From Octopus sinensis (Eukaryota): DNA of 64,000 bases. The notes under the pieces were generated by a model, which was not told the DNA's origin, did not search any database, and was given only the letters and a program-made list of their open reading frames with translations. The stretch is taken from the NCBI RefSeq assembly GCF_006345805.1, contig NC_042999.1, positions 56,296,001 to 56,360,000 of the forward strand, given 5' to 3'. This document shows, piece after piece, positions 54,137 to 64,000 of this stretch. Positions within the stretch are counted from its first letter, which is position 1, and the number at the start of each line of letters is the position of its first letter. The position numbers were made by a program, and so were the translations under genes.

Positions 54137-56445
54137 AGAATTAATTATTGAGAATATCAGTGCCCAAAAATAATGAATCACTACCGAAAAAGAGAACTGA
54201 AGCAATCATTGCTGAATTTCCAATCTGATTCATCTAATAATGCTAAGCAGAAGAGAATTGCAAACGAAGTTTTGCAGCTCAAGGGAGGTCTTGCAAAAGT
54301 CTTGGACACCCTCGTTGGATGCTCTCGGACAGGTCGACTACCAACCAGTGCAGCCAGTTTTAGCAAAGTTTGATCCAAAAATTTATGGAAATCAGAGACG
54401 TGAGTTCTCGTCAAGCTGGTATACTGGTCGCCCATGGTTAGAGTATTCTCTTTCAAAGAAAGCCTTGTTTTGTTTTGCTTGTCGGCACTTTAATACTTCT
54501 GCTCAAGCAGAATATCCATTTTATTAAAAATGGATATTCTAATTGGCATCACGCAAAAGAAAAATAACAAAGATTTAAATAAACACGCATACTCTGCATC
54601 CCACCAACAGCGTTTATCCACAGCATCCGTGTCTTCAATCTTGCAAAAATGATCAGTTGAGCAAAAACCGTTATTATATCAGTTCCATTGTTGATATTGT
54701 TCATTTTCTTTGTGCAAACGAATTGCCTTTTCAAGGAAACGAAAATTAAGCTTTTTAGGATCTTTATTCGGAAGATGACACGCAGTTGTGGTCTTTTTAT
54801 GAAATTATTCCAGTACACATCAGAGAAAGACTCAAAGCTAATGCAATGTTACAGCACGATTTCAAAAAATGCGACCTACACCTCAGCAGCAATGCGAAAC
54901 GAAATCATCGAATTGTTGAGAAGACACAGTCAGCCTCGTGGTCGATGAAATAAAATGTTCCGATGTTCCTTATTTTACGCTGAAATGTGACGGAATGCGA
55001 TTTGAGTAATACTGAAAATCTTGCAATTGTTATTAGTTACTTCAAAAACGGCAAGGTTCTGATGCGATGCCAACTACTCAACATTATGATGATGAAACAT
55101 TGGCCGACTTGATAATTAAGGAATTAACCAACCTTTGCAATGACCCAAAGCGTATGTTGTCACAATGCTATAATGGTGCTTCTGTGATGTATGGCAAAAT
55201 AGGTGGCGTTCAAAGAAAGATTCAGAATTGACTTGAGAAATATATACCCTATGTTCATTGTCTTAATCATTAGTTGCATCTTGTGGTTAACACAATAAAA
55301 CGGATTCCGGAATTAGCTACGTTCTTCGACACCGTTAATATTCTTCATGATTTTATTAAACGGCCAAAGATAGCTAGTCTCTGCAAAGGATTGAAGTTGC
55401 CACGTCTTATGGAGCATAGGTGATCGGGTCATTTCACTGCCATTGCTTCTGTAATAGAAAATCACTCCAAAATTGTTGGTTTCCTATCCGAATGCACAGA
55501 TTCGACAGATTCAAAAACGTGTATAGAGGCAACTGGAATTTTACATCAAGTTCGTTCCCCAAGGTTTGTTTTTCTAGCCCTTGTTCTTAGCAAATTTCTG
55601 CATATAAATAGACCAGTAGACAAACAGCTCCAGAGTCACAAATGTGATATATACCATGGCCTTGGGCTTCTTAAGATTGCCAAGAGTGAAATAACCAAAC
55701 TGAGAAACTCTTTGATATTTGATGAGATTCTAAAACAAATGCGTCAATTTAATGTTATTGAGGAATGCATGTGTCGAAAAGCTTACGGGTCCCGACGTTT
55801 TTTAAATTATGTTGTTGAAGCCCTGGTACCATCACAAGATGACTGGATAACCTTTCATCGCAAAATTTATATCGCAATCATCGACGAAAGCCTGAGAGAG
55901 CTAGATAATAGATTTTCAGAGCAAAGCGATAGTATATATTTTTCCTTGGCAAGTCTACTACCAACGTCCGAGACATTTTTAGATTTTGGTGCTTTAAAAC
56001 CTTTGAGCAATTTGGCATTCTTTCGATATAACTCGACAAAATCAAAACATTTCACTTTGGGTATTTCCGTAGAAGCAAATGACAATTTGATTCTGTTTTC
56101 TGCTTGGAAATTTGCGGATTTTACATACACACATGAAACAGGTAAGAACAAATATGCAAGGCTTTTTTCTCCAAGTTTAAAATGAGACATTGCTGGCATA
56201 ATTTCGTTATATCTACACTCCACAACCCACGGAAATACCCGAAGTGAAATGTTCTGATTTTGACGAGTGATATCGAAGGAATGCCAGCAATTTAATTAAA
56301 TGCGATAAATCGGCCTTACTTTCTGAAATTACTGTGGCTAAAGCAAACATTTCCCAACAAATTATGATGACACAGCTTGATATTTTTGGATCTTTACGTA
56401 TTGTACATGATGCCTTTCCAAATGTTTATCTTTTGTATGGTACAG
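54137..56445 (+). mobile_element. hAT transposase pseudogene (ZMYM1/Tip100-like: TTF zinc finger, DUF4371-like region, dimerisation region)
   Basis: WYTGRPWLEYS...FCFACRHF, NATYTS...NEII, QCYNGASVM.G...GVQ, YVHCLNH.LHL, FPNVYLL; many stops. Confidence 0.88.
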
Positions 56446-56702
56446 AAGACGTCTAGTGCGTAGGACGTCGTGGAAGAAAAGAAAGATGGTCACGCGAGGA
56501 GAAGAAAGATGGACGATGGTCACGTATGAGCAACGAGAGAGAGAAAAAGAAAAAGAGGGTGGAGAGAGAGAGAGAGAGAAAACGGTGAAGGGAGAAAAAG
56601 GGAATTAGAGAAGGATGGAGGAGGAAACAGTATAGAGTAGAGAGTCGCATCAAAAATGTTAAGATAAACTTACTTGGAAATGGATGCGTGGCGTTATGTA
56701 TG

Positions 56703-56749
<47 letters not shown>

Positions 56750-56930
56750 CGGGAAGGTTTACGAAAATAAACAAAAGACGAAGGTAGGTGGAGTACAAAC
56801 AAACAAATGTATGGCGCTCAGAAATAGAAATAGAACAAGTCTTTTACGTTTCGAGCCTACGCTCTTCGACAGAAAGATACACAAAGAAACAAGGAGAGAA
56901 AAAAATGCGTGTAGGAGCTAACGGTCTATC
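56750..56930 (-). mobile_element. Family H3 copy 3 (hammerhead-like motif at 56841-56876)
   Basis: cttt-CTGTCGA-a-gagc-gtag-gctc-GAAAC-GTA-aaag on the minus strand. Confidence 0.7.
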
Positions 56931-56943
56931 ATATATATATATA

Positions 56944-56989
<46 letters not shown>

Positions 56990-56990
<1 letters not shown>

Positions 56991-57304
56991 ACAATTGCAG
57001 CGTGGGAGGTGTTTGTAAGCCATTTAAGAAACACACAAAAGCCGTTCGATTCACTTCAACATTTAAGTTTAATTTGTCAAAATATTTTCGTCGCTTTAAG
57101 ACCGCGACCTGTTCACTGACAAAAATCCGTGCTGCATCTGATGCTCAGATGCTCAGATGCAGCACGGATTTTTGTCAGTGAACAGGTCGCGGTCTTATAG
57201 CGACGAAAATATTTTGACAAATTAAACTTAAATGTTGAAGTGAATCGAACGGCTTTTGTGTGTTTCTTAAATGGCTTACAAACACCTTCCACGCTGCAAT
57301 TGTT
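56990..57304. repeat. 315-bp near-perfect palindrome (~152-bp arms, 11-nt spacer)
   Basis: 56990-57141 is the reverse complement of 57153-57304 with about 2 mismatches. Confidence 0.97.
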
Positions 57305-57371
57305 TTCGTTTCAGCACACGATCTCAGATCAAATCACTTGTTATGCAAGTACATCTCCGTAATATATGTAT

Positions 57372-57465
<94 letters not shown>

Positions 57466-57472
57466 AGAAGAG

Positions 57473-57514
<42 letters not shown>

Positions 57515-57688
57515 AAGAGAGACAGAGATCATTTAATGTGCATTGAATTAAAATGTGTTACTCATAGTTTCTTAGTTTCTTGCCATTATTCTTAAGGAAA
57601 ATAAAATTGTACTTTACAGAGGTATTGAGTAACGCACCAGATTAATATAAATTTTTCTATTATAGCTGAACATAAAAACAAACATTAA

Positions 57689-57738
<50 letters not shown>

Positions 57739-58064
57739 TGTGTGTGTGTGGCTGTAAAATAAGCTTATAGGTTTGTAATCTGCTGTCAAGCTGAATTACG
57801 TCTCTATGAGTGCACGTAAAATTCGACTAGGCTGGCGGGTCAACGAGTGGTCTTCTACACAACCTGCTTGAAATAGCAGTCAAATCAATAGGTTTGCTAT
57901 CAACTTATCCAAAACAGCCGATTGGGGAAAAAAAAGATATCCATGGAAGTAACTGTTCTGGAAATCAATATTTAATCGAATATTCGAAATAACGGGAAAT
58001 TGGTTAAAGGTAAAAAAAAATGTTACAGTGTCAAGTCATTTAAAATATTATTATTATTATTATT

Positions 58065-58618
58065 GAGTGAGAGAGCAGTTCATGCCATCAAAGTGACACT
58101 GGGGTAAAATATACGAAGCCCAATATACCCATCATGACTACCCGTCTGATAAGGGCACACCAGGAACATGCATCACAACCATATGTGCGCGACATGGTGA
58201 TCTCATATCAAGATAAACAGCACATGACCTTGCAGGTGGGGCCCAGTTAGAATTTTCTTCAGGTTGAGTAGCCCATCCCGCTCAAACGGTCCCTGAATAA
58301 GGGTTGTTTAAGGATGTTGAAAGAACCACCCATGTTTCCAGAGGTGAATTATTCAAACCCCAAAGAATCCCTCTCAACACATGGCTATGATGCTCCCCCA
58401 CTACTTCTGCTCGTGATCAGAGATGCACATATCGTCAACCACTAAGGGACATGCTCAACTGGTTAAGGTCAAACAACTGACAAGCAAATCTGTGGTATTG
58501 AGCAGAATATTTGCTGTAGCCCATCTTTTATACCAAGACAAAACAATGTACATGATAACACTTCCAATCAGTTAAGATCAGAAGCCATGAGAACCATTGC
58601 CTGGTACTGCATCAGGGC

Positions 58619-58620
<2 letters not shown>
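58065..58620. mobile_element. ~555-bp (TAA)n-associated element, copy 2
   Basis: Flanked by (TTA)n on both sides; direct repeat of 58958-59518. Confidence 0.88.
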
Positions 58621-58682
<62 letters not shown>

Positions 58683-58685
58683 GGG

Positions 58686-58900
58686 AAGGCGGTGAACTGG
58701 CAGAATGGTTAGCACGCTGGACGATATACTTAGCGGCATTGCGTTCATCTTTACGTTCTGAGTTCAAATTCCACCGAGGTCGACTTTACCTTTCATCCTT
58801 TCGGGGTCCATAAATTAAGTACTAGTTACGCAATGGGGTCGTTATAATCGACTAGTCCCCTTCTCCCTAAAATTTTCAAGGCCTTGTGCATAAAGTAGAA
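58686..58900 (+). mobile_element. SINE family B, single unit
   Basis: Head, core and terminal tail ggccttgtgcataaagtagaaa. Confidence 0.85.
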
Positions 58901-58924
58901 ATAATAATAATAATAATAATAATA

Positions 58925-58956
<32 letters not shown>

Positions 58957-58957
58957 T

Positions 58958-59518
58958 GAGTGAGCGAGCAGAGCATGCCATCAAAGTGACACTGGGGTAA
59001 AATATACGAAGCCCAATATACCCATCATGACTACCCGTCTGATAAGGGCACACCAGGCACATGTATCACAACCATATGTGCGCGGCATGGTGATCTCATA
59101 TCAAGATAAACTGCACATGACCTTACAGGTGGGGCCCAGTTAGAATTTTCTTCAGGTTGAGTAGCCCATCCCGCTCAAACGGTCCCTGAATAAGGGTTGT
59201 TTAAGGATGTTGAAAAACCCACCCATGTCTCCAGAGGTGAATTATTCAAACCCCAAAGAATCCCTCTCAACACATGGCTATGATGCTCCCCCACTACTTC
59301 TGCTCGTGATCAGAGATGCACATATCGTCAGCCACTAAGAGACATGCTCAACTGGTTAAGGTCAAACAACTGACAAGCAAATCTGATCTGTGGTATTGAG
59401 CAGAATATTTGCTGTAGCCCATCTTTTATACCAAGACAGAACAATGTACATGATAACACTTCCAATCAGTTAAGATCAGAAGCCATGAGAGCCACTGCCT
59501 GGTACTGCATCAGGGCAC
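58958..59518. mobile_element. ~555-bp (TAA)n-associated element, copy 3
   Basis: Flanked by (TTA)n on both sides. Confidence 0.88.
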
Positions 59519-59581
59519 TTATTATTATTATTATTATACTACTACTTTTATTATTATTATTATTATTATTACTACTACTAC

Positions 59582-59620
<39 letters not shown>

Positions 59621-59626
59621 TACTAC

Positions 59627-59674
<48 letters not shown>

Positions 59675-59705
59675 TACTACTACTACTTTTATTATTATTA
59701 TTATT

Positions 59706-61247
59706 ATAAAGATCATGAAAAGCTTCATTTTCGTTTCCTCGAAAAGACAATTCGTTTGCACAAAAAAAAAATGAACAATATCAACAATGAAACTGATATA
59801 ATGACAGTTTTTGCTCAACTGATCATTTTACGAGATTGAAGACACGGATGTTGTTGTGGATAAATGCTGTTGGCGGGAAGCAGAGTTTGCGTGCTTATTT
59901 AATTAAACCTTTGTTTTTTTTTTTCTTTTGCGTGATGCCAATTAGAATATCCATTTTTCATAGAACAAGTATCATCTTGAGCAGAAGTATTAAAGTGCCG
60001 ACAGGCAAAACAAAACCAGGCTTTCTTTGAAAGAGAATACTCTAATCATGGACGACCAGTATACCAGTTTGACGAGAAGTCACGTCTTTGATTTCTATAT
60101 CTTTTGGGATCAAACTTTGCTAGAACTGGCTGCACTGGTTGGTAGTCGACCTGTCCGAGAGCATCCAATGAGTGTGTCAAAGACTTTGCAAGACCTCCCT
60201 TGAGCTGCGAAACTTCGTTTGCAATTCTCTTCTGCTTAGCATTATTAGATGAATCAGATTGGAAATTCAGCAATGATTGCTTCAGTTCCCTTTTTCGGTA
60301 GTGATTCATTATTCTTGGGCACTGATATTCTCAATAATTAATTCTAAGGTAGAATATCGTAGTAAGAGTAACGATTTCTTAAAATTTATGTATTTTTAAA
60401 ATTAAACTCGTAAGATATTTCAGTTCAAGCAATTTTTTCTTTTCAATTTCTTCAAAGTTATGCTTTTGTTCTTTTCTTTTAGTAAAACACAAAATAACTT
60501 CAGTATAAACTTTGTTCAAAGAGTAAGAAAAACTTTTCAGTGAAAGTTCTCACTTGAAAAATACTTCCTGAATGTATATTTTGGGAAATTTCAAAAATTT
60601 TCTCCCCTTTTTCGCGAATAATAATCCTCTCTGACTAGTAGAAATAAAATGACTTTTTAATGTCCGTCTCTGTTCATATATATACGTGTGTAGTGATGCG
60701 TTTACTACCATAAATCTCTAAACTACAGCAACTAATTCTTCACATACTTTTCAACAGCAACAACGACAATCACCAGCACCACCGCCGCCGTCGCCACCAC
60801 GACGACCACCACAACAACAACAACAACTGACCCAGCCTCAGCAAGTCCTTACCCACAGTTGATGACCGGGTCAGCAGCCAATTCTGCGACAACAATTACA
60901 CTGGTCAAACACTTTGACCAGCTCTAATTTACCCACGTTTTCATATCACTAACTATTGCATCTTTAGCGACTTCAGATATTGCTTGCTTGGCAAATCAGG
61001 TATTACAAGGGAGATAACCTCTTCATACTATTTGGCAGGTTCAGAGGTTTGAATTTGAAACATATTTAGTTTTTCTTTTTTTCTTTACTTATTGCACAAT
61101 TCTCCCAATTTCTAATCAGTAACTGACATTTTTTTTTGTTTTCGTTTTCTTTTTCTTTTAAAAGAGGATAAAACAAATTCTCATACTGGGGGTGGAGGGG
61201 CTGAGATTCTAACTCCATAGCCCCCCCCCCCCGTGGCTACGTGCCTG
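59706..61247 (-). mobile_element. 5' part of a second copy of the same hAT element, including a probable left TIR
   Basis: 59706-60345 is the reverse complement of 54137-54767; minus-strand terminus caggcacgtagccacggggggg at 61247 is Tip100-like. Confidence 0.75.
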
Positions 61248-61348
61248 GTTCCCATCAAGAATCTTGTGAGCGAAATACAAAAGCGAAATGAAATACATTT
61301 GCTGAGTGAAAAGTAAAAGAAAACTGTTCTAAACGAACTCTTAGTGTG

Positions 61349-61809
61349 TAGTGGTTCTCAACTGGGGTCCATGTGGCCCTTGCGGTTCCATATGATCCTT
61401 GGGGTTCATGTGGTCCTTGGAGTTCTATATGATCCTTGGGGTTCATGTGGTTCCATGTGGTCCTTGGGGTTCCATATGATCCTTGGGATCCATGTGGTCC
61501 TTGGGGTTCCATGTGGTCCTTGGGGTCCATGTGGTCCTTGGGGTTCCATGTGGTCCTTGGGATACATGTGGTCCTTGGGGTTCCATGTGGTCTTTGGAGT
61601 TCATGTGGTCCTTGGGATACATGTGGTCCTTGGGGTTCCATGTGGTCCTTGGGATACATGTGGTCCTTGGGGTTCCATATGGTCCTTGGGGTTCATGTGG
61701 TCCTTGAAACGTAACAGGATTTTTAAAACATAGCTTTTATGGTCCACCCGAGTGAAACTGGAATCAAACAGGATTCGTAGTTGAAAAACGAAATGGTTGA
61801 GAAGCCCCG
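61349..61809. mobile_element. hAT/Charlie-type MITE containing an 18-19-bp minisatellite (61365-61705)
   Basis: tagtggttctcaac ... gttgagaagcc; unit ccatgtggtccttggggtt. Confidence 0.75.
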
Positions 61810-62067
61810 GCATAGAATATGGAAGTGTAGAAAGAAGTGGTGGAGGGTGGGGTGTAAGGTTTAAACTCTTGGCATATGAAGCGTTCTAAAGCGTCAGAAT
61901 ACAAATTCCGTTTGGTGTACTAATTCAAAATTACAATGAGAGTCAGTCATATTGTTTAGTGATTAGAAGTAGTCAGCAGCTAATTAAGAAAGTTATAATT
62001 TATAATTGGCACTTAACAGCTGTTTACACAAACTATGAATATGAACAGATTAATAATTTTACAAAAG

Positions 62068-62230
62068 CGCAGACACGGCTGTGTGGTTAAGAACATCGCT
62101 TCGCAAACCCCGTGGTTTTAGGTTCAATCTCGTTGCGTGGCCCCTTTCGTGTCTTTTACTATGGCTTCGGCCTGACCAATGTCTTGTAACTGAATTTGGT
62201 TGATGGAAACTGTGAAGAAGCTCATCGTAT
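62068..62230 (+). mobile_element. SINE family A 5' half; the 3' half lies beyond the mariner at about 63270-63410
   Basis: ggctgtgtggttaag, ggttcaatc, atttggttgatggaaactg. Confidence 0.65.
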
Positions 62231-62241
62231 ACATACACACA

Positions 62242-63131
62242 TACGAGGAAGAACCCAAAACAAACCGGAATTTTGCAATATTATTTCATTCCCCTCGTTT
62301 TACATATTTACTCTTTTATCGCCTTTAAAGTATTCTCCATTTGAAGCAAAATACATCGGTCCAGATGCATTTCCACTGTTGGAAGCAGTGCTTGAACTCT
62401 TCGTCTTTTTTTCTTCTTCTTCACCTCTTCCACATCTTCAAATTCCGTAACACTGGCTTTCTTTACAGTGATGGCCTTCGTTGGCTTTTCATTACCAGTG
62501 ATGGATCAACTTTCAACTGTTCTTTCAGTTCACGACACGCATTCAGTCGTGACTGCTTTTGATCTTCCGTGAGCAAGCGAGGCACAAATTTTGCTGCAGC
62601 TCTTTTCATTTGCAGTTCCTCGCTCAAAATTCGTTGGCAGAAGTCCCAGGACACACCAGTTTGTCAATTGTTCGGAGACGGTCCTCCGAAATCACTTCAT
62701 GAATTTTTATGATGTTTTTTTATCCGTTCGGCAGGTCGACGGTCTTCCTGGACGAGGTTGGTCATCAAGTGACAAGTGACCATTCATAAAGCATGAAAAC
62801 CACTCGTAAACTTATGTTTTTCTCATGGCAGCGTCCTTGTAAGCTGTTTGAAGCGTGACAGCTGTTTTACCTACCGTTTTCTCCAGCAGAAAACAGAATT
62901 CCACGGAAGCACTCTGTTCCTTCGTTACAGCCATCGCAAAAATCGACAAACAAGGGAGGAGCACTACTAAACAAAGATGCACCACTTGGCAGTATGCCCA
63001 CACTGAACAACGCCGGTCGGCAGACTGATGCCTGAGGGTTGCATCAAGTGGCTTCTAACGGCGGAAGCTTGAACTACAATGGGCTTGTCCCACAGGGAAC
63101 GTTTCTTGCTACTTTGGGGTACCTCCTCGTA
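62242..63131 (-). mobile_element. Mariner transposon, internally deleted, TA-flanked
   Basis: EQSASVEFCFLLEKT..., CQRILSEELQMKRAAAKFVPRLLTEDQKQSR (WVPHEL-like motif); TA-cgagga ends. Confidence 0.88.
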
Positions 63132-63527
63132 TATACAAACATTCACACACACGTATATGTATTATACATACATATACACACACACTCACACATATATTTA
63201 TTATACACACACACACATACACATATATCCATACATGAGTATATGTGTGTGTGGTTTATGTGTTTGCCCCACCACCACTACCACCGCTCTACAAACGATG
63301 TTGGTTTGTTTATGTCCCCTTAACAGTTCGGCAAAAGAGAGTGATGCAATAAGTACCAGAATTTCTTTTTAAATCATAAATACTGTGTTCGATTTCGATC
63401 GATTAAACCAACTGTCGTCGACAGTTCCTCGCTCAGATTTTCGGGTTTCATTGCAAAGGCTTTACCCCTCTCACTCGCTCTTGTTTCTTCCTGCGGGGAC
63501 ATGAATAACATTTTTTTCTTTTTTTTT

Positions 63528-63740
63528 TTTACTCTAGGCACAAAACCCCAAATTTTGGGGGAGGGGGCCAGTCGATTAGATCTACCCCAGAACGCAATTG
63601 GTACTTAATTTATCGAACCCCGAAAGGATGAAAGGCAAAGGTGACCTCAGTGGAATTTGAACTCAGAACGTAAAGACAGGCAAAAAAACTTCAAGCATTT
63701 CGCCCGGCGCGTTAACCATTCTGCCAGCTCCCCTCGCCTT
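63528..63740 (-). mobile_element. SINE family B, single unit
   Basis: Family B head, core and terminal tail. Confidence 0.8.
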
Positions 63741-64000
63741 GACACGAATAAAACTTATACGACGTTAATTAGTTAGTTTATGGCGTATATAATTGTACGT
63801 CGGTTGATAGTTAATAAATTAACACCCTGGGTGGGAATTAAACCATATCATTATCACAAAGAATGTGACACTGGTCCATAAAAAAAATGTACCTCCTTCG
63901 ATCTATTTCTCAACCTTTTCTCAACTAAAAGTCAGCAGAGTAGAATGGCAAATGGTTGCCAAAGACAGCAGGAGTCCATAACAACAAGGCTTAATTCCAA

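Noticed and set aside
60848-60930. Minus-strand ...TGG|GTAAGG donor as the end of aquaporin exon 3
   Set aside because: In-frame stop six codons upstream and no NPA motif
61365-61705. CRISPR-like or collagen-like (PQGPH) repeat
   Set aside because: Contiguous units without unique spacers inside a MITE; eukaryotic context and no cas genes

Overview
This is repeat-saturated eukaryotic DNA. The microsatellite load and the SINE/LINE families strongly suggest an octopus or other coleoid cephalopod (inference). Only one host-gene segment is supported: the phase-0 terminal coding exon of a classical (AQP4/AQP1-type) aquaporin on the minus strand (30478-30717). It has an unusual YWVGD in place of YWVGP. 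No upstream exon is recognisable in the remaining ~33 kb, which also holds a 100-N gap. The rest is simple repeats and decayed mobile elements: R4/Dong-like RLE non-LTR elements, Tx1-like L1, RTE/Expander, CR1, a Penelope GIY-YIG element, hAT, mariner and Tigger elements with MITEs, and three tRNA-derived SINE families. Most ORF-track entries are microsatellite translations. The most interesting signals are: (i) several families of minimal Penelope-type hammerhead ribozyme motifs, one with a fully canonical core, others with variant cores and often in fold-back pairs; (ii) a SINE that carries the 3' end of the Tx1-like LINE and forms 184-bp tandem arrays with a fixed junction, suggesting self-targeting; (iii) microsatellite-targeting elements; (iv) RFX X-box motifs around the aquaporin exon. 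All calls were made by eye, and repeat boundaries are approximate.
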